Source of the DNA: an uncultured Chloroflexia bacterium
GTDB taxonomy: Bacteria; Chloroflexota; Limnocylindria; Limnocylindrales; CSP1-4
Reading direction: 5' to 3'
Assembly: GCA_963720755.1 (NCBI GenBank)
Contig: CAVRGP010000011.1
Span: 64,001-128,000, forward strand
DNA length: 64,000 bases
Shown in pieces: positions 1 through 8,511 of the stretch (positions are counted from its first letter, which is position 1; each line of letters starts with the position of its first letter). A program made the translations under genes and the position numbers. Under the pieces are notes generated by a model. That model ran no database searches and was not told where the DNA came from. It saw only the letters and a list, made by a program, of their open reading frames with translations.

Positions 1-1
1 C

Positions 2-745
2 CGTGCGGCCGGCCCCGGCCAGGAGTCCATCGCCGTGGCGGTGACCATGCGGACACCCGGCAACGAAGCGGAACTGGCGGTCGGGTTCCTGGCCACGGAA
101 GGCCTCCTCGCGGGTCAGGACGTGCTTCGGACGACGGGGGGCGACCCGGCGAACCTGAGCCAGCCCGACGACACGATCGTGGTCCGATTGTCGCAACCGT
201 TCGACGACTCGGTCGTCGCCGAACGGCATTTCGTCGCGACGGCGTCGTGCGGGATCTGCGGCAAGGCATCGATCGATGAGGTCGCCCTCCGAGTGGAGCC
301 GTTGCCGGACGGCCCGGTCGTCGATCGGTCGGTGATCCTGGCGCTGCCGGACCTCCTTCGCGCGGCGCAACGTGCGTTCGACGAAACGGGTGGACTCCAC
401 GCTGCGGGCCTGTTCACGCCGAAGGGGGAGCTCCTGGCGTTGCGCGAGGATGTCGGCCGCCACAACGCGCTCGACAAACTGGTCGGGTCGCAGGTCCTGG
501 CCGGCACGATGCCCCTCCACGACCGGATCCTGATGGTCTCGGGCCGGGTCAGCTTCGAGATCGTCCAGAAGGCTGCGGCGGCCGGCATCCCCATCGTCTG
601 CGCCGTCTCCGCGCCATCGGATCTGGCGATCGAGACGGCAGAGCGACTCGGCGTGACGCTCGTCGGCTTTCTGCGCGGGACCGGCTTCAACGTCTACGCC
701 CACGATGCCCGGATCGACCTGCGCGACCTCAGCGGCCTGGGCTGA
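2..745 (+). CDS. fdhD: Formate dehydrogenase accessory sulfurtransferase FdhD (5'-truncated by window edge)
   Basis: Motifs TMRTPG, SCGICGK, TGGLHAA, REDVGRHNALDK, SGRVSFE; frame is open to the window start. Confidence 0.95.
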   Translation, partial: RAAGPGQESIAVAVTMRTPGNEAELAVGFLATEGLLAGQDVLRTTGGDPANLSQPDDTIVVRLSQPFDDSVVAERHFVATASCGICGKASIDEVALRVEPLPDGPVVDRSVILALPDLLRAAQRAFDETGGLHAAGLFTPKGELLALREDVGRHNALDKLVGSQVLAGTMPLHDRILMVSGRVSFEIVQKAAAAGIPIVCAVSAPSDLAIETAERLGVTLVGFLRGTGFNVYAHDARIDLRDLSGLG

Positions 746-775
746 CCTCGAGCGAACTGCCCCGGTGCGGGCGGC

Positions 776-1822
776 CTACGGCTTGGGTCGGTTGTTGACG
801 AACTCGAAGCCGAACCGGCCCTTGATGCACAGGTGGCCGTCCGTGACCGATGAGTCGGACGGTGAGGTGACCTTCACGATCCGGTCGTCCTGCGCGTGGA
901 GCGACACCGCGCAGCCGACGCCGCAGTAGGGGCAGATCGTATCGGTGACGGTCTGAGCGGACTCGTCCCAGGTACCCGCCTCGCGCATGTCGTACTCCGA
1001 CTTGAACATGAGCGCGCCGGTCGGGCACACCCCGATGCAGTTGCCGCAATAGACGCACGCCGATTCGGGTAGGGGGACCGCCGATTCGGTCGAGATCCGG
1101 GCGTCGAATCCGCGCCCGGCGACCGCGATCGCAAAGGTGTTCTGGGCCTCCTCGCCACAGGCATCGACGCACTTGTAGCAGAGGATGCACTTCGAGTAGT
1201 CGCGCACGTACAGGTCGTTGTCGACCTTGGTCGGCTGGGCGACCGTGGCAGCCATGGCATCGCCCGCCGGGGCGTGGTGATGGCCGCTTTCGCGCTGGTC
1301 TCGATCACCCGCAGGAGCCGCCGGGGCGGGCGGCCCGAACCGCTCGGGATCCGCGCCGTAGCGCCCCGCGTAGGCGGCGATGGATCCGTCCGGAGCGATC
1401 GGCCCGGTGAGCGAGAGGTCCACGCTCGACCCGAGGAATTCGAGGACCAGTTTGCGCGACAACCGGACGCGGTCCGAGTCGGTCTGGATCTCCATCCCTG
1501 CTTCGACCTTGCGCGAGCAGGCCGGCACGAGGACCCGGGAGCCGGTGACTTCCACGACGCAGACGCGGCAGACGTTGACCGGCGAGAGGTTCTCCGCGTA
1601 GCACAGCGTCGGCGTATCGATGCCGACTTCCCGACAGGCGCCGAGGATCGTCGTCCCCGCCGCCACGGACACCTCGGCGCCGTCGACGGTGAGTTCGACC
1701 TGGGGTGGCGGCTCGACCGGCGGCGGCCCCGGCGGCACCGATGCCCGGGCCGGCGAGGACATCAGGATGGCGGCGAGGGTCTCCGGATCGGAGGTCGCGC
1801 TCGGCGTCGCGTGATCGGTCAC
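776..1822 (-). CDS. Fe-S subunit of NAD-dependent formate dehydrogenase (2Fe-2S + 2x4Fe-4S + molybdopterin-oxidoreductase 4Fe-4S domain)
   Basis: PTLC...CRVC...C; CILCYKC; CVYCGNCIGVCP; C-terminal TICPYCGVGC...LCIKGRFG; GTG start overlaps upstream stop (GTGA). Confidence 0.9.
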   Translation of the reverse strand: MTDHATPSATSDPETLAAILMSSPARASVPPGPPPVEPPPQVELTVDGAEVSVAAGTTILGACREVGIDTPTLCYAENLSPVNVCRVCVVEVTGSRVLVPACSRKVEAGMEIQTDSDRVRLSRKLVLEFLGSSVDLSLTGPIAPDGSIAAYAGRYGADPERFGPPAPAAPAGDRDQRESGHHHAPAGDAMAATVAQPTKVDNDLYVRDYSKCILCYKCVDACGEEAQNTFAIAVAGRGFDARISTESAVPLPESACVYCGNCIGVCPTGALMFKSEYDMREAGTWDESAQTVTDTICPYCGVGCAVSLHAQDDRIVKVTSPSDSSVTDGHLCIKGRFGFEFVNNRPKP

Positions 1823-3675
1823 AGGGCCACCATACCCGGCTGACGGAAGGCCGACTCGATCGCCGACGACGCGGTCTGGCCGAGGCCGCAGATGGAAGCA
1901 TCGCGCATCGCCTGGCCGATCTCGCGCAGGAGCACCAATTCGTCATCGCGCGATCGAACGGACGACCCGGCCGCCAGCCGTGCGAGGAGCTCCTCCTGTC
2001 GAACGCTCCCGACCCGGCATGGGACGCACTGGCCGCACGATTCGTCACGGAAGAACTGGGCGATCCGGCGGAGTGTATCGACGAGGTCGGCGGTCTCGTC
2101 GAAGACCATGATCACCCCGGATCCGAGGGTCGCGCCTGCCGCGCGGGTCGCCTCGAAGGTCAAGGGCAGGTCCAGCGCATCCGGACCCACGAACACGCCG
2201 GCGGCACCGCCGAGCAGGATCGTCCGGATGGGTCGGCCCCCGGGGACGCCGCCGGCCATCTCGATCAGTTCGCGCAGGGTCGCCCCGAATTCGACCTCGT
2301 AGACGCCCGGCCGGGCGACGTGTCCGGACAGGCAGAAGAGCTTCGAGCCGGTCGATCCTTCGGTTCCGATCCGGGCGAAGGCAGTGCCGCCATCGGTCAG
2401 GATCCGGAGGACGTTGGCCAGGGTCTCCACGTTGTTGACGACCGTCGGCTTGCCGAACAGCCCGACCTCGACCGGGAAGGGTGGCTTGTTGCGAGGCTCC
2501 CCGCGCTTGCCCTCGATCGATTCGAAGAGCGCGGTCTCCTCGCCGCAGATGTAGGCCCCCGCCCCGCGCCGGACCTCGATATCGAACGCGAGACCGGAGC
2601 CGAGGATGTCCGGGCCGAGGAGGCCGGCGGCGCGTGCCTGATCGATCGCCCCACGCACGCGGGCCTCCGCCTCCGGGTATTCACCCCGGATGTAGAGGTA
2701 GCCCTTCGAGGCGCCGCTCGCGAACGCGCCGATCGTCATGGCCTCGACGGTCGCGAACGGATCGCCTTCGAGCAGGACCCGGTCCTTGAACGTCCCGGGT
2801 TCCGACTCGTCGGCGTTGCACACGAGGTAGTGTGGCTGGGCCGTCTGGGCGGCGACCGCGTCCCACTTGCGTCCGGTCGGGAAAGCCGCGCCGCCACGTC
2901 CCATCAGCTTGGAGGCCGTCACCTCGGCGACGACCCCGGCCGGGCCGATCTCGATGGCGCGCGCCAGGGCGACATACCCACCATGGGCGCGGTAGTCGTC
3001 GAGCGAGTCCGGGTCGACGACGCCGACCCGGGCGAGCAGACCGGTCGGTGGCGGGCCGTCGCTCGGAGGATCGCGGAAGCCATCCGAACCGGCGGCGTGA
3101 TCCGCGTTCTCGAGAAGCCGCGCGACCGTCACGGCGTCGACCCGCCCGAAGGCACTGGCTCCGGCTCGCTCGCCGGCCACGGTCAGCAGGCAAGCCGGCG
3201 CCGCATCGCACAGCCCGAGACATGGGCTGCGCAGCCAGGTCGCGTGGCCGTCGTCCATCGGCGCCCCGGCCTGGCCGAGGCTTCGGGTCAGATCCGCGCA
3301 GATCCCTTCCGCACCCGCCAGCCGGCAGGCGATGTCATCGCAGACATGGGCGACGACGGGCGGGCGTGGGGTCGTCGCGAACAGCGAGTAGAAGGTGGCG
3401 ACGCCATACGCTTCCGCCGGCGGCACGGCCAGGCGCTTGCAGATGTAGTTCAGGGCCGGGGTGCTGATCCAGCCGATCCGCGACTGGACCGCGTGGAGCG
3501 CCGGCAGGAGTTCCGAGCGTCTCGACCGGATCTCGTGGCCGCCTCGAGCGACGTGGCCATCCGGTCCGGGATCGCGCGGGCCACCGTCCCAGCGGGATCC
3601 GGGCGGGCCGAGGACGGCATCGACGGCCGCCCGTTCCACGGGCGACGCGAGGGGGCCGATCACGTGCAGGTCCAT
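1819..3675 (-). CDS. NuoE-NuoF fusion flavoprotein (NADH-binding diaphorase subunit of FDH)
   Basis: LLPALHAVQ, VATFY, CDDIAC, CLGLC; GRGGAAFPTG, NADESEPGTFKDR, GAGAYICGEETAL, ESCGQCVPCR; start MDLHVIG at 3675, 8 nt after a TACACT -10 box. Confidence 0.92.
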   Translation of the reverse strand: MDLHVIGPLASPVERAAVDAVLGPPGSRWDGGPRDPGPDGHVARGGHEIRSRRSELLPALHAVQSRIGWISTPALNYICKRLAVPPAEAYGVATFYSLFATTPRPPVVAHVCDDIACRLAGAEGICADLTRSLGQAGAPMDDGHATWLRSPCLGLCDAAPACLLTVAGERAGASAFGRVDAVTVARLLENADHAAGSDGFRDPPSDGPPPTGLLARVGVVDPDSLDDYRAHGGYVALARAIEIGPAGVVAEVTASKLMGRGGAAFPTGRKWDAVAAQTAQPHYLVCNADESEPGTFKDRVLLEGDPFATVEAMTIGAFASGASKGYLYIRGEYPEAEARVRGAIDQARAAGLLGPDILGSGLAFDIEVRRGAGAYICGEETALFESIEGKRGEPRNKPPFPVEVGLFGKPTVVNNVETLANVLRILTDGGTAFARIGTEGSTGSKLFCLSGHVARPGVYEVEFGATLRELIEMAGGVPGGRPIRTILLGGAAGVFVGPDALDLPLTFEATRAAGATLGSGVIMVFDETADLVDTLRRIAQFFRDESCGQCVPCRVGSVRQEELLARLAAGSSVRSRDDELVLLREIGQAMRDASICGLGQTASSAIESAFRQPGMVAL

Positions 3676-3716
3676 CGCTACCGAGTGTAAGACGAACGAC
3701 TCGCCGCAGTCTCCGC

Positions 3717-4490
3717 CTAGCGCTGCTCGAACACGACCATGAGGGTCTCGCCCGCGTCGCGCAGTTCGAGCTTCGCGCCACGGGCGGCGAAGGTGGTCGC
3801 CTGCTCGAGGGCCGCCAGGTACTGCGTCTCCTGGGTGTTCAAGGCCTCGTCCGCGCAAGCCCGCTTGGTCGATGCCAGCGGGCCGATCTTGATCGAGGTG
3901 CCGTCGACGGTCACCGGACCACTGAAGGTGTTGCACGAGCCGTCGCCGCTGACCGTGCCGGCCTGGTCGAAGATGGCCGTCGGGTCCGACCCGGTCACGA
4001 CGCTGGTCACGCCGCCGGTCCCGTTGTTGTAGCCGGTCACGTGCCAGGTCACGCCGTCCAGGGTCGCCGGTGGGATCGCCGCGTAGATGAGGATCTCGTT
4101 CCCGCCCGAGTCGTACATCGTCAGCGTGTCGCTCGTGGCGGTGTAGGTACGGACCTTACCGAGGTTCATGATGTAGGCGGTCTCGATGTCGGCCTGCGGC
4201 GAGGGGCACCCGATCAGGGTCATCGGCCCGACATCGATCTTGAGCGCGTTGCCGTCGACGGTGTAGGAGGCGGCATAGCGGTTGCAACCCGTGGATCCGC
4301 TGATCGTGGCACCCCGGATCGTCGCATCGACGGTCACGGGATCCGGGATGTCCACCATGGAACGGCCGTCGTCCTGCGTGGTGAGCTGCCAGTCGCCTTC
4401 GAGCTGGCCGCCGCTGCCGCCGCTGCCCGTGACGCAGCCCGACAGGACCGCCGCGAGCGAGATGCCGGCGAGTCCCACGGTCATTCGCAT
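3717..4490 (-). CDS. META-domain lipoprotein (two META domains)
   Basis: Lipobox-like LSGC after a hydrophobic stretch; two GxxGCN/GSCN...GP..T..C repeats. Confidence 0.8.
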   Translation of the reverse strand: MRMTVGLAGISLAAVLSGCVTGSGGSGGQLEGDWQLTTQDDGRSMVDIPDPVTVDATIRGATISGSTGCNRYAASYTVDGNALKIDVGPMTLIGCPSPQADIETAYIMNLGKVRTYTATSDTLTMYDSGGNEILIYAAIPPATLDGVTWHVTGYNNGTGGVTSVVTGSDPTAIFDQAGTVSGDGSCNTFSGPVTVDGTSIKIGPLASTKRACADEALNTQETQYLAALEQATTFAARGAKLELRDAGETLMVVFEQR

Positions 4491-4607
4491 GGTCGATCGA
4501 CCCTCCTCCGGCACCGAGGTCGTCCACGTGCCGACGCTGAGGATAGCGCGACCACGCGCCTGCTACTGTTCATCGTGATTTCGCAGACAGCTGGAGGTGG
4601 GGGGACG

Positions 4608-5810
4608 ATGACGCAGGACGCGGTGGAGGCGACCCAGGATCGCCCGGCGAGCCGCCGTCGGAGTGGTCTCGCCGGCCTGGCGCTCGTCCTCGCCTGTGTG
4701 TCCATCCTCGTGTCCACCGTCGCCGTCTGGACCCACCAGGTCGCGTTCAACACGGAGCGGTTCACCGCGCTGGCCAGCGGCGTGCTCGCCGACCCGGCCG
4801 TCATCGACCCACTGGCGAACCGGATCAGCACGCAGGTCGTCACCGCCGTCGACGTCCAGGGACGGATCGCCGAGAAGCTGCCGACCGCGGCCCAGCCGCT
4901 GGCCGCGCCCATCACGCTGGCGATCCGCGACGCGCTCGACAAGCGTCTCCAGATCGCCCTTGCGAGGCCACAGGTCCAGGCCGGTCTGACCAAGGTGATC
5001 TCGGTCACCCACGCCGGGATCATGCACCTGTTGCGTGACGACCCGGACGCGGTGTCCGTCGTGGACGGATACATCGTCATCTCGGCCTTCCCGGTCGTCG
5101 AGGCCGCCCTCGTGGAGCTGCAGGACGTCGGGTTGATCCCGGCAGGCATCCAGATCCCGGACCTGTCATCGCCTGAAGCGCCGGATGTGCTTGCCCAGCG
5201 ACTCGAGAGCGTGCTCGGGATCACCCTTCCCGACGGGTTCGGGACGATCCAGCTGATGAAGGCCGATCGGCTGCTTGCCGCTCGGTCTGCGGTCCGCGCC
5301 TTCGACCTGATCGTCGTCGGGTTGTTGATCCTGACGGTGCTCCTCATCGTCCTGGCCGTTTGGCTCGCGACCCACCGCCTGCGGATGGTCATCTACCTGG
5401 GTCTGGGGACGATCGTCGCGTTCGTGCTTGCCCGCCTCGCGATCGGCGCGATCGAGAACGCGGCGCTTGCGGGCGTGGCTGACGCGGACTTGATCGGGGC
5501 GATCCGGGCCGTGGTCGATGTGACCCTCGCCGATCTGCGACGGATCACGGCGGTCGTCCTGATCGGGACGGTCGTTCTGGTCGTTGCTGCGGCCCTGGGT
5601 ATCTTCCGATCCAGCGGAGCCACGATCCCGAGGGACCGCGCCTCACTCGAGCGGATCGGCCTGGTCGCGATCGCGTTCGTCGTGATCTGGCTCGCCGTCG
5701 GGCCGGAGATCGCGTTGCTCGGGGTCGTGCTCGTCGTCGCCCTCGAACTCATCGCGCGAGCGCTGGCGTCGCGCTCGGCTGACGACGCGGCGCCCACCGC
5801 CGAGGCGTAG
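4608..5810 (+). CDS. Hypothetical multi-pass membrane protein
   Basis: GGAGG SD upstream of ATG 4608; N-terminal TM helix, soluble domain, several C-terminal TM helices. Confidence 0.75.
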   Translation: MTQDAVEATQDRPASRRRSGLAGLALVLACVSILVSTVAVWTHQVAFNTERFTALASGVLADPAVIDPLANRISTQVVTAVDVQGRIAEKLPTAAQPLAAPITLAIRDALDKRLQIALARPQVQAGLTKVISVTHAGIMHLLRDDPDAVSVVDGYIVISAFPVVEAALVELQDVGLIPAGIQIPDLSSPEAPDVLAQRLESVLGITLPDGFGTIQLMKADRLLAARSAVRAFDLIVVGLLILTVLLIVLAVWLATHRLRMVIYLGLGTIVAFVLARLAIGAIENAALAGVADADLIGAIRAVVDVTLADLRRITAVVLIGTVVLVVAAALGIFRSSGATIPRDRASLERIGLVAIAFVVIWLAVGPEIALLGVVLVVALELIARALASRSADDAAPTAEA

Positions 5811-5814
5811 CTCG

Positions 5815-6525
5815 GTGACCGAAGCCGAGCCGGCCGGCTCGACGGACGATTCCCAGGGCGATGCGACGCTTCGCGGGATGGCCAGTGCGGCCCGTGACGC
5901 ATGGCGGGACGAACGCGTCGAGGTCGTCGCGGCGGTCCTGCTGTCACTGGCGACCGTGTTGTCCGCATGGGGGGCCTACCAGGCGACACGGTGGGGCGGC
6001 AACCAGGCGAATAGCTACGCGGAGGCAGCGGAACTCCGCTCAGAGGCGGCAAGTCATACCACCGTCGCCTCTCGCCAGATCCAGATCGATGTGGCCACCT
6101 ACCTTGCCTGGTCCGACGCCGCCCTGGGTGGGGACGAGACGTTGGCAAAGTACATCGAGGACCGTTTCCGGACGGAGTTCCTCGTCGCCTTCGAGGCGTG
6201 GCTTGGTGAACGTCCGCCGGACATCGCGTTGATCCCGATCGGCACACCATTCGAACGACCCGAGTACGTCCTTGCGGAACAACAGGCGGCCGACGCGAAA
6301 ACCGTCGAGGCCGAGCGGGCGCTCTCGGACGCCCAGAAAGCGAATCAGACCGGGGACGACTTCGTCCTGACCGCGGTCCTGTTCGCGTCGGTCCTGTTCT
6401 TCGCCGGGATCGCCGCCCGCTTGCGGCCGCAATGGCTCCGCTGGGCGATGCTCGGGGTCGGGATGCTGATCTTCGCGATCGGTCTGGTGGTCGAGTTCTC
6501 GCTCCCCCAGAACGTCGGGTTCTAG
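5815..6525 (+). CDS. Hypothetical membrane protein (DUF4337-like)
   Basis: LLSLATVLSAWGAYQA; C-terminal VLFASVLFFAGI plus TM helices. Confidence 0.7.
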   Translation: MTEAEPAGSTDDSQGDATLRGMASAARDAWRDERVEVVAAVLLSLATVLSAWGAYQATRWGGNQANSYAEAAELRSEAASHTTVASRQIQIDVATYLAWSDAALGGDETLAKYIEDRFRTEFLVAFEAWLGERPPDIALIPIGTPFERPEYVLAEQQAADAKTVEAERALSDAQKANQTGDDFVLTAVLFASVLFFAGIAARLRPQWLRWAMLGVGMLIFAIGLVVEFSLPQNVGF

Positions 6526-8447
6526 GCTCGAGGCGCGACCGGCTCGGGCTGGCCGAGCTTCTCGATCCGGATGGCGGTGGCCTTGAACTCGGCCGTGCCG
6601 GACTTGGGGTCGGTCGCGTCGATGGTCAGCAGGTTGACCGCCACATCGTCCTGGAAATGCATGGTCATGAAGGTCAGACCGGGTCGCAGGCTGGGGTCGA
6701 TCCGGACCGGCACCTCGACCTGGCCGCGACGGGACACGACCCGGACGATCTCGCCGTCGGCGAGATCGTAGGTCGCGGCATCCTCCGGGCTGGTGTCGAG
6801 GCTCTCGCCGCGACGGAGGGGGGAGGTGTACCCGCCGGATTGAACGCCCGTGTTGTACGAATCGAGTCGGCGTCCGGTCGTGAGTCGGATCGGGAAGGTC
6901 TCGTCCAAGCGGTCGACGGGCGGATCGTGGTCGACCGGGACGAACGGCACCCGATGGCCGGGCATCGGATCCTCCCACAACCGTGAGTGCAGGAAGAGCT
7001 CACCCGGGTGGTTCTCATCCCAGCACGGCCACTGGATCCCGCCGAGTGCCTCGAGCCGGGCGTAGCTCATCCCGGCGAAGGCGGGGGCCAGCCGGCGGAC
7101 CTCATCCCAGACCGCCTCGGGATCCGGTTCGCCCCAGCCGGCACCCATCCGGTTCGCGAGGTCGAACACGATGGCGAGGTCGTCGCGGGCGCCCGGCGGT
7201 GGCTCGACCGCCTTGCGGACACGCTGGACGCGGCGCTCGGAATTGGTGACGGTCCCCTCCGCTTCGGCCCAGGCCGCGGTGGCCGGCAGGACGACATCGG
7301 CGAGCGCCGCGGTCCTGGTCAGGAACAGGTCCTGGACGACGAGGAAGTCGAGGTCGGAGAGGAGGTGGATCGTCCGCTTCTGATCCGCCTCAGACTGGAC
7401 GGGGTTCTCGCCGATGCAGTAGATGGCGGTCAGGTCGCCTCGCTCCATCGCGTCGAACATCCCGGACAGGTGCCAGCCGCGCTTGGGTGGCACCGTCACG
7501 CCCCAGGCGGCGTCGAACGGCGCCCGCAGCGCGTCGTTCTCGATGTGCTGGAACCCGGGCAGGCGGTCGGGCAGGGCGCCCATATCGCCGCCACCCTGGA
7601 CGTTGTTCTGGCCGCGCAGCGGGTTGACGCCGCTGCCATAGCGTCCGACGTGCCCGGTCAGCAGGACGAGCGAGATGAGTGCCAGCACATTGTCGACCGC
7701 GTTGTGGTGCTCGGTGATCCCAAGCGTCCAGCACAGGATCGCCCGGGGAGCCGTCGCGAACGCGTGGGCCAGATCCCGGATCGCTTCGGCCGGGACGCCG
7801 GTCTCGCGCTCGGCGTACTCGAGGGTGTACGGCTCCACCTTCGCCTTGTAGGCATCGAAATCCATCGTCGCCCGGGCGATGAACTCGCGGTTCTCGAGTC
7901 CCGCCGCGATGATCTCGCGGCCGACCGCGTTGGCCAGGGCGATGTCGCTGCCGACGTCGAGGCCGAGCCAGCGGTCCGCCCACTCCGCGCTCGACGTCCG
8001 GCGAGGGTCGATGGCGTACAGGCGGGCACCGTTGTGGATGCCCTTGAGCAGGTGGTGGAAGAAGATCGGATGGGTCTCGCGGGCGTTGCTGCCCCACAGG
8101 ACGATCAGGTCCGTGTCTTCGATCTCACGATATGAGGATGTGCCGCCCCCGGCACCGAACACTGTCGCCAGACCGGCGACGCTAGGGGCGTGTCACGTCC
8201 GGTTGCAGCTGTCGATGTTGTTGCTGCCCAGGACCGCCCGGCTGAACTTCTGGGCAGCGAAGTTGACCTCGTTGGTCGCCTTGCTGCAGCTGAAGGTGCC
8301 GAAGGTCGTCGGGCCGTGGGCCGCCATGGCGGCCTGGAACCCGGCTACGGTCCGGTCGAGCGCCTCGTCCCAGCTCGCGGGTCGAAGCTCGCCGCCCTTC
8401 GTGTCGCGCACGAGGGGCTGGGTCAGTCTCACGTAGGGCTTCGCCAA
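6522..8447 (-). CDS. fdhF: Formate dehydrogenase catalytic (Mo/W-bisPGD) subunit, selenoprotein with Sec at in-frame TGA 8193-8195
   Basis: ORFs 8193..8447 and 6522..8162 are in one frame and read NNIDSCNRT-U-HAPSVAGLATVFGAGG; later PLRGQNNVQGGGDMG and GTVTNSERRVQ; TTG start with GGAGG SD. Confidence 0.93.
8164..8180 (-). promoter_or_regulatory. Bacterial SECIS hairpin of the FDH mRNA
   Basis: GUCGCC-GGUCU-GGCGAC stem-loop starting 13 nt 3' of the UGA; loop resembles the E. coli fdhF SECIS apical GGUCU. Confidence 0.85.
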
Positions 8448-8511
8448 GGGTGGCCTCCTGCGGTTCGACGACCCCGCGAGTGTAGCGCGTGCTGTCGGTA
8501 TCCGGCGGCGC

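Noticed and set aside
8193-8447. Separate 84-aa ORF / nonsense-mutated fdh pseudogene
   Set aside because: The TGA sits at the Sec ligand position with a SECIS, and selABCD are adjacent, so it is recoded
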